64,000 bases of DNA, taken from NCBI RefSeq assembly GCF_000737315.1, contig NZ_JMCB01000012.1, positions 124,001 to 188,000 of the forward strand. Reading direction: 5' to 3'. Below the pieces are notes generated by a model that did not search any database, was not told the DNA's origin, and worked only from the letters and a program-made list of their open reading frames with translations. A program made the position numbers and the translations under genes. Of the stretch, positions 10,207-17,518 are shown piece by piece. Each line of letters opens with the position of its first letter. The stretch's first letter is position 1. This DNA is from Hyalangium minutum (GTDB taxonomy: Bacteria; Myxococcota; Myxococcia; Myxococcales; Myxococcaceae).

Positions 10207-11615
10207 TGCGTGCGTTCGGAATCCTGAGTGTGTCCACCCTCCTGCTCGCGGGCTGCAGCCTCACCACTGCGGGCGGGCTGAGCGAGTGCGAGACCAGCGC
10301 CGACTGTGGCGTCGAGCAGGTCTGCACCCAGAACTTCTGCCTGCCGCAGCCCGCGGGCTGCGGCACGATCTACGGCGATACCACCGACCCGAACGCCGTG
10401 CAGATAGGCGCGGTGCTGCCCCTGAGCTTGAGCGCGACCGATCCGTCAGCCGGCCAGGACACGTCCGAGGTGCAAGGGCTCAACGCCATCCGGCTCGCGC
10501 TGGACGAGCTCAACGAGCCCGGCCGCAACAGCCGGAAGATCACCCTTCACATGTGCGACACCGCCTTCGATGCCATGCGCACGGCGGACCAGACCCGGTG
10601 GCTCGTCAATGAGAAGAAGATCGTCGCGCTGCTGACGGCGGGCAGCAGCCAGACACTGGCGGCCGCGGCCGTCACCCTGCCTGCGGGCGTGCTCACCATG
10701 AGCTCCAGCGCGACCTCGCCCGAGCTCACCTCGAAGGAGGACAACACCAAGGTGGGCCTGCTGTGGCGCACCGCTCCCTCGGACGCCATCCAGGGCCGTG
10801 TCATCGCCAACCTGCTGCTCAACGATGCGCGCTTCAACAGCGTGCAGAAGATCGGCCTGCTCTACCTGGACAAGGACTCCTACGGCCTGGGCCTCTTCGA
10901 GGTCATCACCGAGCGGCTGCGCGGCTCGAGCAAGAACGTCAGGCCCGTGCCCTACCTGCGCAAGGACGAGAACTCGATGCTCAACGCGGTGCTCCAGCTG
11001 GATCCGTTCGATCCGGACATCACCGTGGTGGTGGGCTTCGAGGATGACGCGACGTTCCTCGTGAAGCGCGGGCTGAGCACCACCAACCTGAAGACGGGCG
11101 CGGGCCACCGGTGGTTCTTCTCGGACAGCGCCAAGGACGCGGCGCTGCTGGACGACAAGGAGCCGGACGTGCGCACCGAAGTCCAGGGGGCCAACGGCAC
11201 CGCGCCGGCCCAGGGCGCGGGCCAGGCGTTCAACTCCTTCCAGCTGCGCTTCATCCAGAAGTACGGCCCGGATCCGCGCAACTTCTCCTTCACCTCGCAC
11301 GCCTATGACTCGATGTACCTGCTGGGGCTCGGAGTGGCCTACAGCCAGGCCTCCTCGGGCGCGGTGACGGGCGCGAAGATGGCGGAGGGGCTCACCAAGG
11401 TCTCCAGCGGCTCCAATCCGCCCATCGAGCTGACGCCCACCAACTTCGGCAAGGCCGCGAGCGAGCTGGCCGCCGGCCGCAGCGTGGACGTGGAGGGCGC
11501 CAGCGGCAGCCTCCAGTTCGACGCTGCGGGCGAGGCGCCCTCCCCCATCGAGCTGTGGAAGGTGGAGGGCAGCAACTTCGTGGCGGTGGAGAACATCCCT
11601 CCGCCGTCTCCGTAG
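10206..11615 (+). CDS. Lipoprotein: Cys-rich N-module plus LivJ-like (type I periplasmic binding) domain
   Basis: LLLAGC lipobox; CETSADC..C...C motif; IGAVLPLS, LLWRTAPSDAIQG, HAYDSMYL, GASGSLQFD; start overlaps upstream stop (TAATG). Confidence 0.85.
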   Translation: MRAFGILSVSTLLLAGCSLTTAGGLSECETSADCGVEQVCTQNFCLPQPAGCGTIYGDTTDPNAVQIGAVLPLSLSATDPSAGQDTSEVQGLNAIRLALDELNEPGRNSRKITLHMCDTAFDAMRTADQTRWLVNEKKIVALLTAGSSQTLAAAAVTLPAGVLTMSSSATSPELTSKEDNTKVGLLWRTAPSDAIQGRVIANLLLNDARFNSVQKIGLLYLDKDSYGLGLFEVITERLRGSSKNVRPVPYLRKDENSMLNAVLQLDPFDPDITVVVGFEDDATFLVKRGLSTTNLKTGAGHRWFFSDSAKDAALLDDKEPDVRTEVQGANGTAPAQGAGQAFNSFQLRFIQKYGPDPRNFSFTSHAYDSMYLLGLGVAYSQASSGAVTGAKMAEGLTKVSSGSNPPIELTPTNFGKAASELAAGRSVDVEGASGSLQFDAAGEAPSPIELWKVEGSNFVAVENIPPPSP

Positions 11616-11624
11616 CGGCGGGCG

Positions 11625-12791
11625 CTACCGCGAGAGCACCCGGACGAGCGGCACCAGCGCGGTGGCGAACGCGTCCGGCGGCGGCAGCAGGGACAGCACC
11701 AGCCCTGCGCCGCCGATGAAGTCGTAGAAGTAACCCGGCTGCACCAGCACGCCTGCGTCCAGGAGCTCCAGGCACGTGGCCTCCTCGCCGGGCTCCATGG
11801 GGATGCGCAGCACCGCGTTCCAGCCTCCATGCGCGGGGATGACATCCCACGTGGCGTTCGCGGGCCGCGCGGCCAGCAGCCGCTGCCGGTTCTCCTTCAC
11901 CCGCTCCAGCACCGCGGCCTGGAAGCGCGGCGCCTGCGCCAGCAGCGTGGGCAGGGCTTGCTGCACCGGCGTATTCACCGAGAGGAAGGTGTCCGCGATC
12001 AGCTCCAGCCGCGCCAGGGCCTCGTCCCGCTCGGCCATGGGGCCGCCCACGTGCATCCAGCCCAGCTTGAGCCCCGGCTGCCCCGACACCTTGGAGAGCC
12101 CCGAGAGCGAGAAGGTGAGCACGGGCAGCGAGCGCCCCACCACCGTCGTCACCCGACCGGGCTCCGTGTCCCACGCAAAGTCGGAGAAGACCTCGTCGCA
12201 GATCAGCGCCATGTCCGTCTCGGCGCACAGCTCCGCCAGCGCGGCCAGCTCGCCCTCGTGGAGGTAGTGGCCCGTGGGGTTGCCCGGGTTCACCACCAGC
12301 ACCGCGCGGCTGCGCAAGTCCCGGGTGGCGGCCACCGTGTCCACGTCCAGCCCGAAGCCGTGGGCACGCGGCAGGCGGTAGGGCTTCAGCTCCACGCCCT
12401 CCAACTGCGTGAGGAACTGGAACAGCGGGTAGCTGGGTGCCGGGACGAGCACGTTGTCCCCTGGGTCACACAGCAGCTTGAAGAGCCAGGAGTAGGCCTC
12501 GCTGGTGCTCGCGGACAGCACCACGTGCTCGGGGGAGACCTTCGCCCCCCGGGAGGACAGGTGCGCCGCCACCGCCTGCCGCGCCGGGAGCAGGCCCGTG
12601 GACTCCGGCTCGTAGGAGTAGGCCTCTGGCGTGGCCAGCAGCCCTGGCTCTGGCCGGGGCAGTCCCACCCGTGTGGGGTTGGACTCGGTGAGATCGATCA
12701 CCGGCTGCCCCTGGGCCCGGCGCTTCGCCAGGGCCTTGGCCAGGGAGTTCAACGTCCGCGAGAACAGAGTTCGGGAAGAGAAGCTGCTCAC
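11625..12791 (-). CDS. PLP-dependent aminotransferase class I/II
   Basis: DLTESNP, VNPGNPTG, ICDEVF, SGLSK(PLP Lys)..G.KLGW. GTG start at 12791 inferred from overlap with the upstream stop. Confidence 0.88.
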   Translation of the reverse strand: MSSFSSRTLFSRTLNSLAKALAKRRAQGQPVIDLTESNPTRVGLPRPEPGLLATPEAYSYEPESTGLLPARQAVAAHLSSRGAKVSPEHVVLSASTSEAYSWLFKLLCDPGDNVLVPAPSYPLFQFLTQLEGVELKPYRLPRAHGFGLDVDTVAATRDLRSRAVLVVNPGNPTGHYLHEGELAALAELCAETDMALICDEVFSDFAWDTEPGRVTTVVGRSLPVLTFSLSGLSKVSGQPGLKLGWMHVGGPMAERDEALARLELIADTFLSVNTPVQQALPTLLAQAPRFQAAVLERVKENRQRLLAARPANATWDVIPAHGGWNAVLRIPMEPGEEATCLELLDAGVLVQPGYFYDFIGGAGLVLSLLPPPDAFATALVPLVRVLSR

Positions 12792-13066
12792 AAACCCGTT
12801 TGTAGCATGGCGCTGGCCACTCTGCGGATCAGCTCGCGACGAATCTCCGTGCGGCAGTAGTCCACCGCCTGATCCGGAGGCCTCGGCTGCCCGGACTTGC
12901 GCGTGCGGATCGCGGTCCGGATGACGAGTTCGATCTTCGAGGGCTCGATCTGGAACAGCCGGGGACCCTCGTTCTTGAGGAAGTAGGTCAGGCCGCGCGT
13001 ATCGAGGAGCTTCTGGAAGTAGCGCCTGACGTCTGCCAGGAGCGTGAGGTCGATAATGTCCGCCAT
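12788..13066 (-). CDS. Small hypothetical protein (92 aa)
   Basis: Normal-complexity sequence, GC3-rich codons, stop overlaps the downstream GTG (GTGA). Confidence 0.7.
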   Translation of the reverse strand: MADIIDLTLLADVRRYFQKLLDTRGLTYFLKNEGPRLFQIEPSKIELVIRTAIRTRKSGQPRPPDQAVDYCRTEIRRELIRRVASAMLQTGL

Positions 13067-13171
13067 TCGCGATCGGGGTTCTCGCGCAGATCAAAACACG
13101 CGTCCATTTCGCGGACACAACTCCCGAAAACTTGCGCGGCCTGTAGCACTTCGAACGCGGCGGAGGCCGAT

Positions 13172-13915
13172 TTACCGGCCTCGCGCGCGATGAGGGAGAA
13201 GCGGACGCAGGGCCTCGCGGAACGCGGTGTGACGACGGCGTGCATCGCGGTGGAAAGAAACTGGACCGAGCACTTGAACTCCGTGTCGCTCTTCCAGCAG
13301 CAGGCGGTTGTCGCGCTCCGAAGGATCACGCGAAGGGGTGCTCCGGCTCAGCAGCACGGCGCGCACGGGGATGCCTCGCTCGGCCAGGGCTCGCAGCGAC
13401 AGGGCTGTATGATTGAGGGTGCCCAGCCCCGCCCGCGCCACCAGCAGCACAGGGAGCCGTAGGACGCTGATCAGGTCGATGATGTCCCGCTTCGAGTCGA
13501 GCGGGACGAAGAGGCCGCCAGCGCCCTCGACCACCACGGGACCGTGCCGGAGCTTCTCCCACGCGGCGAGCGTGACGTCCCAGTCCGGCTCCTGCCCCAG
13601 GCGTCGAGCGGCCACTCCGGGGGCCAGAGGCGCACGGAAGCGGTGGGGACACAGCAGGTTCACGGGCAGCTCGCTCTGGGCCGCCGCGCGCATCGCGAGC
13701 GTGTCGGCGGGAGCGGAGAGGGGCTTGCACCCGCTCTCGTAGGGCTTGAAGCCCTGGGGCTGCAGCCCAGCGTCCACGAGCAGGGACAGCAGCGCGCACG
13801 AGGCCTGCGTCTTGCCAACGCCGGTGTCCGTGCCGGTGACGAAGATCTGGAAGGACCCGGGCACGCGCTCGGCGAACGGGTCCTCGGGAATGGGCTCCGG
13901 GGTTCTATCCGCCAC
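13172..13915 (-). CDS. bioD: Dethiobiotin synthase
   Basis: [14 protein letters not shown]-loop, [21 protein letters not shown]. Confidence 0.95.
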   Translation of the reverse strand: MADRTPEPIPEDPFAERVPGSFQIFVTGTDTGVGKTQASCALLSLLVDAGLQPQGFKPYESGCKPLSAPADTLAMRAAAQSELPVNLLCPHRFRAPLAPGVAARRLGQEPDWDVTLAAWEKLRHGPVVVEGAGGLFVPLDSKRDIIDLISVLRLPVLLVARAGLGTLNHTALSLRALAERGIPVRAVLLSRSTPSRDPSERDNRLLLEERHGVQVLGPVSFHRDARRRHTAFREALRPLLPHRARGR

Positions 13916-15080
13916 GGTGGACTCCGAGCTGGCGCAGCACCTCCAGCGCGAGATCGAGATGGCCTTCGGTGTGGGCCGCCGAGAGGCAGAAGCGCAAGCG
14001 GCTGGTGCCCTCGGGGACGGTGGGCGGGCGGATGGCCTTCACCAGCAGGCCCTTCTCCCGGCAGCGGCGCGCGGCGTCGATGGCGGCATCCGGCTCGCCG
14101 ATGATGACGGGGAAGATGGCGCTGCGCTGCTCGGCGGGGAGCCCCAGCTCGCGCAAGCCCTTGGCGAAGCGGCGGATGTTGCGCCACAGCTTCGCGCGCA
14201 GGGTGTCGTCCTTCTCCACCTCCTCCACCGCGGCCTCAGCGGCGGCACAGAGGGCCGCGGGCAGCGAGGTAGAGAACACGAAGGGGCGCGCACGGTTGAG
14301 CAGCAGGTCGGCCACGGCGCGAGAAGTGGCGACGTACCCACCCAGGCACCCGAGCGCCTTGCTCAGCGTGCCCACGCGCAGGTCCACCTCTGCCTCGATG
14401 CCCAGTTCCTCACACAGCCCAGCACCCCGGACGCCCAGGACACCCGTAGCGTGGGCTTCATCCACCATCAGTGCAGCTCCGTGCTCCCGGCAAGCCGCGA
14501 GGATCTCGCGCAGTGGAGCCACGTCGCCATCCATCGAGAACACGGTGTCAGTGACGACGAGCTTGCGGCGCGCGGGGGTCTCCGCGAGGGCGCGGGCGAG
14601 CGCCTCGGCATCCGCGTGCGGATAGACGACGGTGCGCGCGCGGGACAGGCGGCAGCCATCCACGAGCGAGGCGTGGTTGAGCGCATCGGAGAACACGGCA
14701 TCCCCCGAGCCCACGAGCGCGGGGATGGTGCCGGTGTTGGCAGCGAAGCCCGTGTTGAAGAGGAGGACGGCCTCGGAGCGCTCGAAGGCGGCGAGCCGGG
14801 CCTCCAGGCGCTGGTGCGCGGTGCTGTCTCCTACCACGACGCGGCTGGCGCCCGTGCCCACGCCCTGACGCTCCAGGGCCGCGATGGCTGCGGCGCGCAA
14901 GGTAGGCGAGGTCGCCAGCCCCAGGTAGTCATTCGAAGAGAAGTTGATCAGCGTCTCCCCGCCCACGCGCACCAAGGCGCCCTGGGGAGACTCCAGGGGC
15001 TCCAGGAAGCGGCGCAGGCCTCGGCCGGCGAGGGCCTCCAGGTCCTCCCGGGCCCATGCCGAGGCAATCCCAGCGCTCAT
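13905..15080 (-). CDS. bioF: 8-amino-7-oxononanoate synthase
   Basis: [39 protein letters not shown]. Confidence 0.95.
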   Translation of the reverse strand: MSAGIASAWAREDLEALAGRGLRRFLEPLESPQGALVRVGGETLINFSSNDYLGLATSPTLRAAAIAALERQGVGTGASRVVVGDSTAHQRLEARLAAFERSEAVLLFNTGFAANTGTIPALVGSGDAVFSDALNHASLVDGCRLSRARTVVYPHADAEALARALAETPARRKLVVTDTVFSMDGDVAPLREILAACREHGAALMVDEAHATGVLGVRGAGLCEELGIEAEVDLRVGTLSKALGCLGGYVATSRAVADLLLNRARPFVFSTSLPAALCAAAEAAVEEVEKDDTLRAKLWRNIRRFAKGLRELGLPAEQRSAIFPVIIGEPDAAIDAARRCREKGLLVKAIRPPTVPEGTSRLRFCLSAAHTEGHLDLALEVLRQLGVHRGG

Positions 15081-15084
15081 ACGG

Positions 15085-16107
15085 CTAGCGCGACATGTCC
15101 GGCTCGAGCGGCCGGATGCCCGCCTTCTCCAGCAGGGCCATGTCCTGGGTGTACTCGGGGTTGCCCGTGGTCAGCAGCTTCTCGCCGAAGAAGAGCGAGT
15201 TGGCGCCCGCCAGCATGCACAGCAGCTGCGCCTCCTCGTTCATCTGCATGCGGCCGGCCGACAGGCGCACCATGGACAGCGGCATCAGAATGCGCGCCGT
15301 GGCAATGGTGCGCACCATCTCCACCGTCTCCACGCGCTTCTGCTCCGACAGCGGCGTGCCCTCCACCGCCACCAGCGCGTTGATGGGCACGGACTCGGGG
15401 TGGACCTCCTGGTTCGCCAGCGTCAGCAGCAGCTTGCACCGGTCATCCACGGACTCGCCCAGGCCGATGATGCCGCCTGAGCACACGGAGATGCCCGCCT
15501 GCCGCACGCGATCCAGGGTGCGCAGCCGATCCTCATAGGTGCGCGTGGAGATGATGTCGCCGTAGTGCTCGGCCGAAGTGTCCAGGTTGTGGTTGTAGGC
15601 GGACAGGCCCGCCTCGCGCAGCCGCTGGGCCTGGCTCTCGGTGAGCATGCCCAACGTGGCGCACGCCTCCATGCCCAGCCGCCGCACGCCCTTCACCATC
15701 TCCAGCACGCTGTCGAACTGCGGGCCGTCCTTCACCTCGCGCCATGCGGCGCCCATGCAGAAGCGGGTGGCCCCGGCGGACCGGGCGCGCTGGGCAGCCT
15801 CCAGCACCTCCCCCACCGCCATCAGCTTCTCGGCCTTGACGCCCGTCTTGTAGCGAGCCGCCTGCGGGCAGTACGAGCAGTCCTCGGGGCAGCCGCCCGT
15901 CTTGATGGACAGCAGCGAGCACAGCTGCACCTTGTTCTCCTGAAACACGGAGCGGTGCACCGTCTGCGCCTTGTGGATCAGCTCCAGGAGCGGCAGCTCG
16001 TAGAGAGCGCGGACCTCGGGCAGCGTCCAGTCATGCCGGACGGTGACTCCCGGCGGGGGAGCGGCGAAGTGGGCGTGGCCGTGGAAGGACTCGGCGGCGT
16101 CGGACAT
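15085..16107 (-). CDS. bioB: Biotin synthase
   Basis: Radical [41 protein letters not shown]. Confidence 0.97.
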   Translation of the reverse strand: MSDAAESFHGHAHFAAPPPGVTVRHDWTLPEVRALYELPLLELIHKAQTVHRSVFQENKVQLCSLLSIKTGGCPEDCSYCPQAARYKTGVKAEKLMAVGEVLEAAQRARSAGATRFCMGAAWREVKDGPQFDSVLEMVKGVRRLGMEACATLGMLTESQAQRLREAGLSAYNHNLDTSAEHYGDIISTRTYEDRLRTLDRVRQAGISVCSGGIIGLGESVDDRCKLLLTLANQEVHPESVPINALVAVEGTPLSEQKRVETVEMVRTIATARILMPLSMVRLSAGRMQMNEEAQLLCMLAGANSLFFGEKLLTTGNPEYTQDMALLEKAGIRPLEPDMSR

Positions 16108-16133
16108 GGGCTCCTCGGGTGAACGAGGTGCGC

Positions 16134-16162
16134 AACCTGCGCGGACGCCCGAGCCTTGTCAA
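16134..16162 (-). promoter_or_regulatory. Sigma70-type promoter of the bio operon
   Basis: Minus strand TTGACA (16162-16157), 17 nt spacer, CAGGTT (16139-16134); GAGGAG RBS before bioB. Confidence 0.65.
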
Positions 16163-16187
16163 CGCTCGGGCGCGGGCAGGTTGACAA
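16156..16187. promoter_or_regulatory. BirA (biotin repressor) operator
   Basis: Perfect TTGTCAAC-N16-GTTGACAA directly upstream of bioB; matches the known TGTxAAC-N14-16-GTTxACA BirA box. Confidence 0.88.
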
Positions 16188-16208
16188 GTGTCGGTGTTTG
16201 TCCGACAC
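16188..16208 (-). terminator. Hairpin immediately after the P450 stop
   Basis: GTGTCGG/CCGACAC 7-bp stem, 7-nt loop; no clear U-tract. Confidence 0.45.
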
Positions 16209-16210
16209 AC

Positions 16211-17410
16211 TCAGGCGGGGCGGACTTCCAGGGGGAGCGCCCGCACGCCGCGGACCGTCATGGAGAGGTTCCACTCGAGCGCCTCGGAGCGGCGGGCCAG
16301 CGCCGAGCACTGGGGCAGGAGCACCTCCAGGGCCACGCGCCCCTCCATCCGGGCCAGGGCCGCGCCGAGGCAGAAGTGCATGCCGTGGCCGAACGCCATG
16401 TTGTGGGGCCCCTTCCGGTCCAGGCTGAAGCGATCACCGTCGGCGCAGTAGCGCTCGTCCCGCAGGCCCGAGGCCAGCAGCAGCGCGAGCACGCTCCCAC
16501 GAGGCAGGGAGACACCGGCCAGCGTCGTGTCCTCGGTGCACAGGCGCATGGTGCTGTGCACAGGCGGCTCGAAGCGAAGCACCTCCTCGAGGAACGCGGG
16601 GATGAGGGCGCGGTCCGCGCGGAGCCGGGCCAAGACGTCCGGGTGCTCGGCGAGAAGCCTTGCGGAGTTCCCGAGCAAGTGCACCGTCGTCTCCAGCCCG
16701 GCCACCAGCAGCAGGAACAGGAAGCCCATCAGATCCTTGTCGGTGAGCGCCTCGCCCTCGATGCGAGAGCTCAGCAAGTCACTCACCATGTCGTCGCCTG
16801 GGGTCTTCCGGCGGCGCGCGATGACCTCCGAGAGGTACTGCTCCATCTCGTCCACCGTGCGCCGGTACTGCGCCAGCAGCTCGGTGTCTCCCGGCTGGGT
16901 GACGCTGACGGCAACGATGTCGTCCGACCACTGCTTGAAGCGGGGGTACAACTCGGGCTCCAGCCCCATCAGGGTGCCGATGACGCTCGCAGGCAGCGGC
17001 AGAGCGAAATCCTCAACAAAGTCCACCTGCCGACGGGACAGGACGCGGGTGGTGAGCTCCTCGGCCACGGCGCGGATGCGCGGCTCGAGCCGGGCCAGGG
17101 CCGTGGGGCCAAAGGCGCGGTTGATCAGGCCTCGCAGGCGCCCGTGCTGCTTCGGATCATCCATGAAGATGATGGAGGCGGACATGGGGTTGGGGCGTCC
17201 GGCCCACGGTGGCTCCGCCGCCAGCCGCAGCCCCGCGGACGAGAAGAGCTTTGGGTTCTTGAGGGCGCCGAGGATGTCCTCATAACGGCTCACGGCCCAC
17301 AGCCCGCCGGGATCCACCTGGGCCACCGGGGAATCCCGGCGCAGCTCGGCATAGAAAGGGTACGGATTGGCCCGGATCTCGGGCGACATCAGATTGCGTC
17401 GTTCAGTCAC
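16211..17410 (-). CDS. Cytochrome P450 (#1)
   Basis: AGLETT I-helix, EEVLR, FGHGMHFCLG heme motif; GTG start chosen by similarity to the P450 at 41171. Confidence 0.95.
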   Translation of the reverse strand: MTERRNLMSPEIRANPYPFYAELRRDSPVAQVDPGGLWAVSRYEDILGALKNPKLFSSAGLRLAAEPPWAGRPNPMSASIIFMDDPKQHGRLRGLINRAFGPTALARLEPRIRAVAEELTTRVLSRRQVDFVEDFALPLPASVIGTLMGLEPELYPRFKQWSDDIVAVSVTQPGDTELLAQYRRTVDEMEQYLSEVIARRRKTPGDDMVSDLLSSRIEGEALTDKDLMGFLFLLLVAGLETTVHLLGNSARLLAEHPDVLARLRADRALIPAFLEEVLRFEPPVHSTMRLCTEDTTLAGVSLPRGSVLALLLASGLRDERYCADGDRFSLDRKGPHNMAFGHGMHFCLGAALARMEGRVALEVLLPQCSALARRSEALEWNLSMTVRGVRALPLEVRPA

Positions 17411-17479
17411 GGTTCCCCCCAAGGGAAGAATGAGGCTACCGGAAAAGGCGCTGCAATTGCCCGTCGCTGGATTCGTATT

Positions 17480-17490
17480 CTACATTGTAG
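17480..17490. promoter_or_regulatory. AT-rich palindrome CTACA-T-TGTAG, putative repressor operator
   Basis: Perfect inverted repeat within TATTCTACATTGTAGTAA in the P450/permease divergent gap. Confidence 0.5.
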
Positions 17491-17518
17491 TAACCACCCT
17501 CCCGCCCAGCGAGCCGAG

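Noticed and set aside
11625-13118. 497-aa aminotransferase with a long N-extension
   Set aside because: The extension overlaps the better 92-aa ORF in another frame; the aminotransferase starts at GTG 12791.
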